Shown: positions 9,782-19,637, numbered from the stretch's first letter. The stretch is DNA of 64,000 nt from Kiritimatiellia bacterium (GCA_017558005.1 JAFYWN010000018.1:3696-67695), one strand, 5' to 3'. The notes: a model not told the origin generated them from the sequence alone. Made by a program: numbers and translations.

Positions 9782-11923
9782 TTAATAACCTAAGAATTGA
9801 TAGAAGCGCGAACGCAGGTCGCCATTGACATTTACCGGTTCATCCGGGCCACCGCGCAAATCAATGTAGTCAGAGAGAATGTAGAAGGCTTCACGCAACA
9901 CGGGATCGGTCTTAAAGGTGGGACCTTCTTTACGATTAATCCCTGCGCCACCGAGTGCCTCTTCTTGCAATTTTTCAATTGCACGTTCAGCGCGCATACG
10001 GGTGCGACGTTCTTCAAGTTTGAGCGGCACGGTCTTTTCTGCATTGGCTTTTCGGACGTGCTCAACGAGTTGCTGCGCTACGGTTGCCTGTTCGTCGTTT
10101 TCGATACGCTTTTGGGAGGCGGCCTTCAAACGTGCGAGGAAGGGGGTGACGTCGGAGGTGCGTGCGTAGTAGGCGGGCTGTACGGTGCTATAGGGGAGTG
10201 CACCGGGGAGTTGGTCTTCGCCGAGCTCAAGAGCATCGTAAATGGAGGAGATTACGATATCGGGTTCTACGCCACGCAACTGTGTGGTGCCACCATTAAT
10301 ACGATAGAAGCAGGCGGTGGTGATGCGGTCTGCGCCATAGGTGCTGGTCGGCTTACCGAGTTGTTGCACTGTTTGAACCGTGCCCTTGCCATGCGTCTTG
10401 GAGTCACCGATGATAATTGCGCGACCATAATCTTGAAGTGCGGAGGCCACAATTTCAGAGGCGGAAGCCGAATTACGATTCACCAATACGACGACAGGCT
10501 TGCGGAATGCAACGCGCCCCGCGCCATTGAGTACGTCCACATTGCGCGCATCACGCACCTGGACGACGGGACCTGTCACAAAGAGGGAGGTCATGGAGAG
10601 TGCTTCAAGGAGCGAACCACCACCATTGTTGCGCAAGTCAATGACGAGGCCATCCACGTGTTCGGTGTTGAATTGTTGGAGATACACGAGCAAATCGCGG
10701 GTCATGGAAGATGCTTTTTCGCTCTTTTCGCCGCCAACCGTGCCAGCATAGAAGGCAGGAATGCGGACATAACCAAGCTTGCGTTCGCCAGATTTAAGTT
10801 CAAGGCGTTCAACGTGCCCTGTAACGGCCTGCTGTTCCAAGCGAATTTCATCACGGATGAGGTCCACAATCTTCGTGCGCGTGCCGCTCTTGTCGGAGAC
10901 CGGAATCACTTTAAGCGTCACCTTGCTTCCCTTCGGGCCGCGAATTTTACGCACTGTGCGGCTCAAGGGCTTGTGGGAGATGTCTTCAATCGGACCATCC
11001 CCTTGGCCAACGCCAACGATGCGATCGCCAACGCGTAAACGAATGTCGCGGGTGTCATTTGCCGCAGGTGCGCCAGGCATGAGTTCTGTAATGCGGATTA
11101 ATCCATCATCATAACGGAGTGTAGCGCCGATGCCACACAAGGTCAAATTCATGTCCATGCTGAACTCTTCAAAGTTCATCGGCGACATGTAGTCGGTGTG
11201 CGGGTCATAGGCCATCGCCGCTGCCGAGAGAATGCGCTGCAGGGCACTTTCGGCATCCAATTCTACATAGACATCCTTGAGTGTGCGATAACGTTTTGCA
11301 ATAATCTCTTCCGTGGGCAGGGAAAGATTTTCGTCTGCAGAGTAGTCTTCTTCGGCTTCGCTCTTTGCAGGTTCGTCCTTTTTCGGGTTGACCGCCTTTT
11401 CTTCAGCGTCTAATTCCTTTGCGAGTATCAGGGCGAGGTATTCATTCTTCAACATGGCATACCAAAGCTTGCGCTGCGCTTCGCGATCGGTAGGACGTTC
11501 TGCGTCACGACGTTTCCACTGGAAATACTCAGACTTCGTGAAGTCAAACGGCTCTTTCTGTTCAAGCACCTGGTGGATGTAGTCGCAACGTTCCACAATG
11601 CGATTGCGCACCAGCTCAACGAGTTGATACCCGAAGGCCAAATCACCCTTGCGCAACAAATCATCCATTTGGGTTTTCAAGGGTTCAATAGCCTTGAGGT
11701 CTTCTTGGGTCAAGAGCGTGTGATCATAGTCAAGCGAGTTAACGAGATTTGTCCATGCTACGGCAGAGAGACGATCGTCAAACTGTTCGCCCGAAAGATG
11801 CATTGAATTGAGTTGGCGCACCATGCGACGTGCGATTTCAGGATAGACCGCTTCGGGTTTCAATGCCTCTGCGAAGAGGGGTACGGCGAGGAGGAGAAGA
11901 AGAAGTGAAGAGAACTTTTTCAT
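9782..11923 (-). CDS. prc: C-terminal processing (tail-specific) protease, S41 family with PDZ domain
   Basis: Signal peptide MKKFSSLLLLLLAVPLFA (start taken at 11923). YDPHTDY, DLRNNGGG, SASASEIV, THGKGTVQ. Confidence 0.87.
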   Translation of the reverse strand: MKKFSSLLLLLLAVPLFAEALKPEAVYPEIARRMVRQLNSMHLSGEQFDDRLSAVAWTNLVNSLDYDHTLLTQEDLKAIEPLKTQMDDLLRKGDLAFGYQLVELVRNRIVERCDYIHQVLEQKEPFDFTKSEYFQWKRRDAERPTDREAQRKLWYAMLKNEYLALILAKELDAEEKAVNPKKDEPAKSEAEEDYSADENLSLPTEEIIAKRYRTLKDVYVELDAESALQRILSAAAMAYDPHTDYMSPMNFEEFSMDMNLTLCGIGATLRYDDGLIRITELMPGAPAANDTRDIRLRVGDRIVGVGQGDGPIEDISHKPLSRTVRKIRGPKGSKVTLKVIPVSDKSGTRTKIVDLIRDEIRLEQQAVTGHVERLELKSGERKLGYVRIPAFYAGTVGGEKSEKASSMTRDLLVYLQQFNTEHVDGLVIDLRNNGGGSLLEALSMTSLFVTGPVVQVRDARNVDVLNGAGRVAFRKPVVVLVNRNSASASEIVASALQDYGRAIIIGDSKTHGKGTVQTVQQLGKPTSTYGADRITTACFYRINGGTTQLRGVEPDIVISSIYDALELGEDQLPGALPYSTVQPAYYARTSDVTPFLARLKAASQKRIENDEQATVAQQLVEHVRKANAEKTVPLKLEERRTRMRAERAIEKLQEEALGGAGINRKEGPTFKTDPVLREAFYILSDYIDLRGGPDEPVNVNGDLRSRFYQFLGY

Positions 11924-11961
11924 ATGAGGTTTATTTTTAATGATTGTCAAAGAAAAACGCA

Positions 11962-12675
11962 TTAAAGTCCTTGCGTAATGGTGAGCGAACCCAAACGGGC
12001 CACATAGACTGCGACTTCGGTCGCATCAAAGAGGGTGGGTCCCGAGGTCAACATTTCGGAAAGGTTGAGGTGTGAACAGATCTTGACCTCATCAATTTGC
12101 TGTGGCGTGGAGAGGAATTGTGGCCCCGCGAAGCAAAGTACGCCATGGACGTCATCCGTCGCCGTCTCAAGATAGTCATTGAGTGCCGAGATGAGCGTGC
12201 GGACTTGGAGGATGGGCGACTTCATGAGCGGTCGGCCATTGGCAAGTAGCTGTCCATTATCAATGGAGACATCGCCACGCCAATGTTTGGTCTCAATCAC
12301 GAAAATGCCTTGGGGCCCCACCGCAACGTGGTCTACATCAGAACCATCGGGCAAAATTAATCCATTGAATACCGTCCAAGTGGCAGGTAGGCGAACCAAT
12401 TCGCCTGCGACCATCTCTTCTCCGCGTGCGCCCTTGAAATAACCATAAACAAGGTTCGCATGGTGAAGTCTAAAGAGGAAGAGGCAGGCAAAGGCCGCAA
12501 GAAAGAGGATGAGACCAATCCACCACGGCAGAATATCCATATTACCTAATAAGACCCCTGCGGCGAAGCCAAAGAGCACGCCGAAAAGGAGCACCGGAAT
12601 AAAAATGCGGCGGAGGCCCCGCTTACGGGCGGCATCTCCGGGGATGCCACGCATGGTTGCACGCGTTTCTGTCAT
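11962..12675 (-). CDS. NERD (nuclease-related) domain protein with two N-terminal TM helices
   Basis: GARGEEMVA...DVDHVAVGPQGIFVIETKHW is the NERD PD-(D/E)xK-like pattern. Confidence 0.78.
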   Translation of the reverse strand: MTETRATMRGIPGDAARKRGLRRIFIPVLLFGVLFGFAAGVLLGNMDILPWWIGLILFLAAFACLFLFRLHHANLVYGYFKGARGEEMVAGELVRLPATWTVFNGLILPDGSDVDHVAVGPQGIFVIETKHWRGDVSIDNGQLLANGRPLMKSPILQVRTLISALNDYLETATDDVHGVLCFAGPQFLSTPQQIDEVKICSHLNLSEMLTSGPTLFDATEVAVYVARLGSLTITQGL

Positions 12676-12684
12676 AAACTATCC

Positions 12685-13797
12685 TTAACGCAGTTTTCTA
12701 AAGAGGACAATTGCCGCAAATCCGAAGAAGAGCGAGGGCAACATCACTGCAATCGTTGGCTTAATCCACCCTTGGTTGGTGAGCAGCATCGCCAACGCCG
12801 TAATTGCATAGTAGGCAAGGAAGAGGCTAAGGGCCAACAAAATGCCACGGAATACGGATTGACGTCCTGATGCAATCCCTGCAGGAATTGCAAAGAGGGT
12901 CACCAAGATGATGGAGAAGGGGGCGGCGTAGTGGTTGTACGTCAAATAGGAGTCTTCGTGCTTTTGACGACGGGTCAAGCCCGTACGTTCACGTTCTTTT
13001 CGGTTAATCTTTCGGTCTGCCGCAGAGGAGAATTCGGCATCGGAATTTTGAACAACGATTTGACGCGGAATGATATCCATTACATAGAGTTGCTTGATTG
13101 CCGAATGAACGGGCTGATTGTCTGGCGGTGCAATCACTTCATCGAGTTCATTGAAATAGGTTGCCTTCACACCACCCTGTAACCACCATTCATTGTCTAA
13201 CCAACGTGCCTCAGGTGCTTCGTAAGTAACGCGGCGGGAGCCGTCGTCACGAAAGAGCGTAACGCGCACATCGCGCAAGACTTCCGGTTTGTTTGGGAGG
13301 AATTCGCCAATCACTAATTGGAAGCGACCAGAGGGATCAAAGTAGGCGCGACCCTTTAGCGGTTCACGACCCGTTGAGCGGAAGTCTGAGTTCTTGATCA
13401 CCATTGCACGTGCCGCGGCGGTGGGCTTGAAGAACTCCGTGTTGAGGAAGGAGAGCCCCGCGGCGAGGCAGGCGGTTAAGAGCACGGGCGCCACGATGGT
13501 CGACATCCCAATGCCACCTGCGCGCATTGCAATGAGTTCGCTATGACGGCAGAATTGCCACATGGTGTAGAGCGTGGACAAAAGGAAGACTGCCGGCAGA
13601 AGCCACTCTAAGTACATCGAGAGCGTGCCGATGATAAAGTCGCTTGCCACCATGAAGGTAACTGCCGACTTCGGATCAAAGCACGCACCAATGAGGTCAA
13701 AACTCATGAAGAGAATGGTCAATGCGCAGAGCCCAAAAAGGCACATGGTTGCCGGAAGGGCAAAACTACGTAATACATAACGGAAGAGAATACTCAT
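12685..13797 (-). CDS. LptF/LptG-family LPS export permease
   Basis: LPAVFLLSTLYTMWQFCRHSELIAMRAGGI; 3 TM + periplasmic domain + 3 TM; ends PSLFFGFAAIVLFRKLR. Confidence 0.82.
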   Translation of the reverse strand: MSILFRYVLRSFALPATMCLFGLCALTILFMSFDLIGACFDPKSAVTFMVASDFIIGTLSMYLEWLLPAVFLLSTLYTMWQFCRHSELIAMRAGGIGMSTIVAPVLLTACLAAGLSFLNTEFFKPTAAARAMVIKNSDFRSTGREPLKGRAYFDPSGRFQLVIGEFLPNKPEVLRDVRVTLFRDDGSRRVTYEAPEARWLDNEWWLQGGVKATYFNELDEVIAPPDNQPVHSAIKQLYVMDIIPRQIVVQNSDAEFSSAADRKINRKERERTGLTRRQKHEDSYLTYNHYAAPFSIILVTLFAIPAGIASGRQSVFRGILLALSLFLAYYAITALAMLLTNQGWIKPTIAVMLPSLFFGFAAIVLFRKLR

Positions 13798-14345
13798 TGT
13801 CCGACGACCTTTCCAAGTGAGAGTGCGGCGATGATGCAGAGCACACCGGCGAGTGTAAGGAGTGCCGCTACGGCAAGCCGAAGCGTGCGATATTCCGACA
13901 GGCGTTCGCAGGTGACGCGAACCGTCCAGGGATGAAAGACGGCAATCATACCGAGGGTTAAGCTAATGTACCCAAGCGTAATCGGAATCAGACGAAGTGT
14001 GGTTACATAGTCGCGCGTGAGCAGGATGACGGGCATCGGCCAGAGCATCATCAATCCGCCAATGGCGCGTGCGCACAAAAGATTGTCCAAAAAGATGCAA
14101 ATCAAGGGCGTAAGCACCACGCAGGCCACGAGTAATTTGGTCGGCGTGAGGAAGGCCAAGAAGTCAATTGGATGCATCCGAAGGGTCAGGTAGGTCCACG
14201 TCATGCAGAGGAGGGTCAACGTAACCCCTGCGATGCGATGGCGTGGCAACTTCAGCAGGGCGGTCTCGGCCTTCGGCAGAAAGAGTGCGCCGCCGAGCAG
14301 GAGAAGAATCACCGCGAGGGTGAGGATTGCGACTTCAGCAGTCAT
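13794..14345 (-). CDS. Hypothetical multi-pass membrane protein
   Basis: Hydrophobic ORF translationally coupled on both sides; start moved to MTAEV at 14345. Confidence 0.6.
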   Translation of the reverse strand: MTAEVAILTLAVILLLLGGALFLPKAETALLKLPRHRIAGVTLTLLCMTWTYLTLRMHPIDFLAFLTPTKLLVACVVLTPLICIFLDNLLCARAIGGLMMLWPMPVILLTRDYVTTLRLIPITLGYISLTLGMIAVFHPWTVRVTCERLSEYRTLRLAVAALLTLAGVLCIIAALSLGKVVGQ

Positions 14346-15519
14346 GCGTTGCCTCCTTTTGTGCCTTTTCTGCACCTTCGGTTTCGGGCATATGCACAAA
14401 GCGTTCGGTAGAGGCGCGCCATTCATCCCACGAGGCCTTGATGAATGCCGTCAATGGGATGGCGAGTAGCAACCCCAAAAAGCCGGCAAGTTGCGTCCAG
14501 AAGAGAAGGGCGAAGACGATTTGCCAGGCGGAGAGTTTCATGCGATTGCCCTGAATGTAGGGCTGCATAACGTAACCATCAAAGGTTTGAATCACACAAA
14601 AGACGGCAAAAATGCCGCAGGTGTAAGCAAACCCCGCATGGAAGAAGGCCACCGGGAGGGCAACGCAAAGGCCCGCCGTGACGCCAAGGTAGGGGATAAG
14701 ATTAAGCAGGCCTAAGACAAAGCCGATGATAAAGCCGTTGGGCAGTCCAAAGAGTTGGAAGGCCGAACCATAAAGGACGCCCTGGATGGAGACGTCAATG
14801 ATTTGACCACGGAAGTAGGAGACCATGATCTCATTGAAGTTGTGGAAATAACGCGCCATCGCTACGCGGCCACCGGTGCTGATGAAGGGAAGCAAACGCG
14901 CAAAATCGTCGCCACTCAATGGCTTCTTCATCACGAAGATAATCCAATAGAAGAAGGTGAGCAACCACAACATTGCTGCCGACCCCGCAGAGAAAACTGC
15001 GCCTCCCATGTGGACGCCTTTACCTGCGACTTCCATTAATTTCGACCAAGAGAGTGCACCGTCTTTTCCTAAGACATCAGAAAGATTGGGCAGGACGTTT
15101 TCAACGATGTCAGCAGAGTCGGGAAAGGCCTTTGTGAGGGCTTCGCGAATCCCTTCAACAATGCGCGGGAGCGCATGGGCGAGGTTGCTACCTTGTTCAA
15201 CGATAAATGCACCGAAGAACCAACAGAGTAAGAGCAGGGGAATTAAAAAGGAGAGCGAGAAAGCAATCACCGCCCATACTTCTTTACCGCCAAACCAACT
15301 CCGAAGGCGTGCATACCAAGGGCGTGTCAGCAGGCTTAGGAAGAACGCCACAATGACCGGTCCCACGATATTGAGAAAATAGTTCATCCCCTTTAAGAGC
15401 CCCATTAAGAAGAGGACGACGCTGATGACCAACGTTGCTCCGCAGAGGAGGGTTAGGGAGGCGGTAATAATCCGATTTTGAGCGGATGAAAAGGTAAGTG
15501 TACGTTTGGACTGGTCCAT
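14335..15519 (-). CDS. AI-2E (PerM) family transporter
   Basis: YFRGQIID, GLLNLIPYLG, QTFDGYVMQPYIQG, GFLGLLLAIPL. Confidence 0.85.
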   Translation of the reverse strand: MDQSKRTLTFSSAQNRIITASLTLLCGATLVISVVLFLMGLLKGMNYFLNIVGPVIVAFFLSLLTRPWYARLRSWFGGKEVWAVIAFSLSFLIPLLLLCWFFGAFIVEQGSNLAHALPRIVEGIREALTKAFPDSADIVENVLPNLSDVLGKDGALSWSKLMEVAGKGVHMGGAVFSAGSAAMLWLLTFFYWIIFVMKKPLSGDDFARLLPFISTGGRVAMARYFHNFNEIMVSYFRGQIIDVSIQGVLYGSAFQLFGLPNGFIIGFVLGLLNLIPYLGVTAGLCVALPVAFFHAGFAYTCGIFAVFCVIQTFDGYVMQPYIQGNRMKLSAWQIVFALLFWTQLAGFLGLLLAIPLTAFIKASWDEWRASTERFVHMPETEGAEKAQKEATHDC

Positions 15520-15520
15520 G

Positions 15521-16294
15521 TTAATTTTCCTTCACGGAGAAAGAGGCAGAGCGGATGGTAGAAATGCACAACTTTGTTACGCGGCGCATGCCATCACGTT
15601 GGATACGAAATTCACGTGGCACCCACCGTCCTTCTTCACGACCGATGCGTTGCACCCACATGCGGCGCACGGCACGACCGTGTGCATCGGTTTGTTCGGT
15701 CTGCACCAAATATCCAGTAGAGATGTCAATCCACAAAAGAATGGTGTGGAGCCCTGTGACGCTCTCTGGCGGCAGGACTTCAAGGACGACACAGTTGCGT
15801 CCGCCCTGACGCGCTTTGAGATTGCGCGAGGTAAGTTCTTCTTCGGAGAGTTGCCGCACGTCGTTCCACCAAAGGTAGTTGAAGGTCAGGTCGACCCACG
15901 TTAAATCGCTGTCACCCACCGGGGTGTTGAGGCGCACATCTTCAATGACCTTGCCGTCAGACCCCGTCAGGGCCAATGTCGTCTTGCCATTGGCACGCGT
16001 CAAATGGGCGTGTTGCAATGGGGTGGGATCGTCTTCTTTGAAGATTTTGCAGGTTGCTTCCGGATTGCCTGCGCGCCAATCAAGGGTCAAGGTATACGGA
16101 CGCACCACGGCATTTTGCCCACGGGCTTCGGCTGTCTCAAGGGTGCCTGCCACGTCAATGTGTTCTTGTGGGAACATACTGCGCGCCTGAATGAGCATCA
16201 TTTTGGGCGTCAGACCATCAATTGCGTTCTCTGCGTGTAGAAAACTTCCGCAGAAAAGCAGTGCGAGGAGGGGAATAAGGGTGTGTTTCTTCAT
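15521..16294 (-). CDS. Outer-membrane lipoprotein-sorting (LolA-like) protein
   Basis: Signal peptide; GDSDLTWVDL, LLWIDISTGYLVQTEQTD, WVPREFRIQ. Confidence 0.62.
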   Translation of the reverse strand: MKKHTLIPLLALLFCGSFLHAENAIDGLTPKMMLIQARSMFPQEHIDVAGTLETAEARGQNAVVRPYTLTLDWRAGNPEATCKIFKEDDPTPLQHAHLTRANGKTTLALTGSDGKVIEDVRLNTPVGDSDLTWVDLTFNYLWWNDVRQLSEEELTSRNLKARQGGRNCVVLEVLPPESVTGLHTILLWIDISTGYLVQTEQTDAHGRAVRRMWVQRIGREEGRWVPREFRIQRDGMRRVTKLCISTIRSASFSVKEN

Positions 16295-17397
16295 AAGCGA
16301 TTAACCCTGCTTAAGAATGCTGGTGTAAACTTGGCTTCAGAAAGCTTTCTGAGCCACAACGCACGAAGGATGTCGTAGTTCAGGAGGTATTCTTGACGGC
16401 AAATGGGGGGCAACGACCCTAATGCGTGGGGCGTTTCCAGATTGAGGAGGCTCTGTGGACAAAGTGCATCGCGAACGGAGTCAAAGCAGTCATTGAAGGC
16501 GTATGCCGGATCGTCAATGGGCTCAAGCGCACCACAGGAGCAGCCTGTCCAGTAGGAGGAGAGGAGGTTTTGCGCTTCTCGTTCAGGGACAATTAAGGCG
16601 TGGCGGCAAAGGAGAAGCGCACGCAGTAATTCGTCGTAAAGGTGGGCCACGCGATCATGGGCCAACCGCATCCGTGCGCGCATTTCCTGACGGGCTAAAC
16701 GAAGCAAAAAGGCTTTATAGTCTCGCACGATGGCGTCGGTCGGCAGGTTGAGCGAAAAACGATTGTAGAGAATGAAAATGTCGCCAGCGGGCGGTTCTTC
16801 ATTCGGCATGTATTCCGTTAGGACGCCCTTAACTTCTGCCGCGCGACAGAGTTGAGGCAGATAGTTGAGAGAGGCTAATCCCGAGAGGTGAATCCAACTG
16901 CGAATGCGCAGCCCCGTCCCCGTCAGTGTCGGTTGGGAGGTCAGATAACCGAACTGTTCGTCGTATGCGAAATGAAAGACTTCTGCGAAGCGATCGGTAA
17001 AGCGTTCCAAATCGGCTACCGCTTCATTAAAGTCAAGTTCGGCACTGGTGACCGAGAAGGTAAAGTGGTTGCAGGCCATCAGTTCACACCAGAAGGTGCG
17101 AATGCCGCTATCGCAGGCGACCTGAAAACGAAGCAGGCGATAGGCAGGGTGACGTTCTTCGACATCCGCAAGGCCATAACGATGCTCGGCGATGTGTGCA
17201 AAGGCGAGGTCATCCGTCAAATCATCAAAGGGATGAATGTCCGCAATTTGGGTGAGCCAGGCTTGAATCGGCACGGTCGTCGCACGCGTGGATTGCGTTG
17301 GGAAGGGATATTGCGCGACATTACGAACGAGGACAATCTGCGTTTTGAGGCAGATGGTCTTTAAGGCCACTTCTGCAGCGTGAGACTTAGGCTTCAT
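16291..17397 (-). CDS. mcsB: McsB-like ATP:guanido phosphotransferase homolog, catalytic motifs degenerate
   Basis: LVRNVAQYPFP, FAYDEQFGYLTSQPTLTGTGLR, ARQEMRAR; directly downstream of mcsA; GGAGG 6 nt before the ATG at 17397. Confidence 0.75.
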   Translation of the reverse strand: MKPKSHAAEVALKTICLKTQIVLVRNVAQYPFPTQSTRATTVPIQAWLTQIADIHPFDDLTDDLAFAHIAEHRYGLADVEERHPAYRLLRFQVACDSGIRTFWCELMACNHFTFSVTSAELDFNEAVADLERFTDRFAEVFHFAYDEQFGYLTSQPTLTGTGLRIRSWIHLSGLASLNYLPQLCRAAEVKGVLTEYMPNEEPPAGDIFILYNRFSLNLPTDAIVRDYKAFLLRLARQEMRARMRLAHDRVAHLYDELLRALLLCRHALIVPEREAQNLLSSYWTGCSCGALEPIDDPAYAFNDCFDSVRDALCPQSLLNLETPHALGSLPPICRQEYLLNYDILRALWLRKLSEAKFTPAFLSRVNRL

Positions 17398-18010
17398 CTG
17401 CATCCTCCGACGCCGTATTGTCTTCTGACGGCGATTCAAGTGCGCGAAGGGCTTGCATCAACTTCTTTGCCTCGTCAAACTGCTCTTTTTCGATGGCTTC
17501 TTGTAATTTGCGCTTCAAATCGCGAAGTTGGAACTTCGCAGAGAGCCATGCCGGCGGTTTCCCGCGAAAGCTAGTGCATCCCTGTAAATCTTTAAAGAGC
17601 ACTTTGAGTTCTTCGCGAAAGACATCGTAACAATGTGCGCAGCCCAAATGGAGTGAAAGCTGCACTTCATCTTCTGCAAGGCCACAGTGCGGGCAGGTTT
17701 TGAGTTGGATTAAATCGTCGGGTTGCGGGTCGGGACGTTCCGGATTGTCCCCAAAGAAGGGATTGTCCGCCGGCGAAAGCCCCATAAGCTTTTCTTCCAA
17801 TTCTGGCGGAATCGGTCGGGGAAAATGCTTGTCGGGTGGCATGAGTGGCGAAGCATCCATCGCTGCCACTTGAATGCCGTGCTGCTGTTCAAACGCACGT
17901 TCTCGCGCAGCGCACGATTCGCAGACATAGAGCTCTTCGCGCACACCCGCATCGGTCTGACGATAGAGCACGGTCTCTGCGTTGTTTTGATGACAAAGTT
18001 CGCATTTCAT
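17387..18010 (-). CDS. mcsA: McsA-like protein (CxxC motifs plus UVR domain)
   Basis: MKCELC, VCESC, CPHCG, LGCAHCY, LQEAIEKEQFDEAKKL. Confidence 0.83.
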   Translation of the reverse strand: MKCELCHQNNAETVLYRQTDAGVREELYVCESCAARERAFEQQHGIQVAAMDASPLMPPDKHFPRPIPPELEEKLMGLSPADNPFFGDNPERPDPQPDDLIQLKTCPHCGLAEDEVQLSLHLGCAHCYDVFREELKVLFKDLQGCTSFRGKPPAWLSAKFQLRDLKRKLQEAIEKEQFDEAKKLMQALRALESPSEDNTASEDADEA

Positions 18011-18027
18011 TCCACGAAACTCCCGAC

Positions 18028-18564
18028 TCAATCGTTTGTGCAAAACGCCTGAATCTGCGCAAAAAGTTCCTCTGGCTCTGGCAGGCGACCCGTTCCCGTA
18101 ACACCACAGGCCAAATCCCCCTCAGCGGGCGTCAACATCTTGGCGCCACGCGCCATTAATGTCGCTGCATTAGCTTGCGTAGCGGGGTGTTGCCACATGT
18201 GGGTATTCATCGAGGGGGCCAAAAGGAGCGGCTTCGTACATGCCAGCGCCGTTTGGGTCAATAGGTTGTCTGCCAATCCATTCGCCAACTTTGCCATTGT
18301 GTTTGCCGACAGCGGCGCAACGACAAAGACGTCACACCAATCGGCCATCTCAATGTGGCGCGGATGCCAATCGGATGATTCAGCGAAGGCGGAACGTTCC
18401 ACCGGATTCTGCGAAAGCGTACGCCACGTGATTTCACCAACGAAATCCAGGGCTCGATCCGTTGCCACAATGCGCACATTCCATCCCGCGCCCTTCATCA
18501 AGCGAACGAGCGTGCAGACTTTGTAACAGGCGATTGCGCCAGTAATGCCGAGTAAAACGTTCAC
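18028..18564 (-). CDS. coaC: Stand-alone phosphopantothenoylcysteine decarboxylase (CoaC flavoprotein half of CoaBC)
   Basis: GITGAIACYK, VAPLSANTMAKLANGLADN, APSMNTHMW, LACGVTGTGRLPEP; ends without a CoaB domain. Confidence 0.86.
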   Translation of the reverse strand: MNVLLGITGAIACYKVCTLVRLMKGAGWNVRIVATDRALDFVGEITWRTLSQNPVERSAFAESSDWHPRHIEMADWCDVFVVAPLSANTMAKLANGLADNLLTQTALACTKPLLLAPSMNTHMWQHPATQANAATLMARGAKMLTPAEGDLACGVTGTGRLPEPEELFAQIQAFCTND

Positions 18565-18593
18565 GACTCTTCCTCTACTTGGATCAAAATGCG

Positions 18594-19223
18594 TTAGAGC
18601 AAACCGCCACGCACCAAGACAATGTCACGCAGACGACGATAGGCCAAATCCAATTCGTCATTCACCACACGATAGGTGAATTCACCTGCGCGATCCATCT
18701 CACCCTGAGCATTCTTCAGGCGCAATTCAATCGTTTCCTTGCTATCCTCAGCACGCCCTTCGAGACGACGACGCAATTCTTCAATGCTCGGCGGCTCAAT
18801 AAAAATGTCCGTAAACCCTTCACGGAGGGGATCACCCGCAGGCAATGCCGCGATGTAACGGCGCACCAAGTCCGCGCCCACCACGTCAATGTCCAATAAA
18901 ACACTCTGCCCTTCGGCAAACGCCTCGCGAATCGGATCTGCAGGCGTGCCATATGAATTACCATGCACCACCGCATGCTCTAAAAGAAGCCCATCCTTCA
19001 CGCGACGATCAAATTCCTCCTGCGTCAGGAAGAAATAGTCAATGCCATCCTCTTCCATGCCACGCGGAGCACGCGTCGTGCAAGAGATGGAGTAAGTGAT
19101 TTCGGGAAATTCTTGCAACAACAAATCGCAAAGCGTTGTCTTACCAGTCCCACTCGGGGCGCTCATCACAATCAATAACGGTTTCATCAGTCTTCTCTTT
19201 TTCCGTTGGTTTTCCATAAACAC
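18594..19223 (-). CDS. gmk: Guanylate kinase (start may be 19187)
   Basis: SAPSGTGKTT, SCTTRAPR, EDGIDYFF, YGTP, LDIDVVG. Confidence 0.96.
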   Translation of the reverse strand: MFMENQRKKRRLMKPLLIVMSAPSGTGKTTLCDLLLQEFPEITYSISCTTRAPRGMEEDGIDYFFLTQEEFDRRVKDGLLLEHAVVHGNSYGTPADPIREAFAEGQSVLLDIDVVGADLVRRYIAALPAGDPLREGFTDIFIEPPSIEELRRRLEGRAEDSKETIELRLKNAQGEMDRAGEFTYRVVNDELDLAYRRLRDIVLVRGGLL

Positions 19224-19514
19224 GCATTATACCACAAATTCGCCCGCCCATACGTATACACGCGCGCAAAATTATTATTAAATTTCTGTGCTCACCCCTG
19301 CCGCAGTGGGCAGGGGCTACGATAATGACAACCACTCCCACAGTCCCACCGTCACTCCTCGAACGCTCTTCATCCCCGCCTTGCCTCGTCACTTCATCTT
19401 CAAAAATTCTTATCTCCACACACACTTGCAGTGTAGCAAAAAGGAAAAGGTAAGTCAAATCGTTATTTTAGAAAAAGGTGAAATAAGATAAAAAACGGGC
19501 TAAAATCAACCCTG

Positions 19515-19597
19515 AATATTAGCGAAATTGCGACTCAATTTCGCTAATATTGCCACCCCAATTTCGCTAGTATTGGGATCCAATTTCGCTAGGATTG
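19515..19597. repeat. Iteron-like 17-bp repeat: one inverted and three direct copies
   Basis: caatttcgctaatattg (19536), caatttcgctagtattg (19559), caatttcgctaggattg (19581); perfect 16-bp inverted copy at 19515-19530. Confidence 0.85.
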
Positions 19598-19637
19598 ACC
19601 CAAAATTTCTCCAGTCCGCCCCCAAAAAAGGGTAAAT

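Noticed and set aside
9797-11038. 413-aa plus-strand ORF
   Set aside because: Antisense shadow of prc with no recognisable motifs; explained by codon bias of the real gene.
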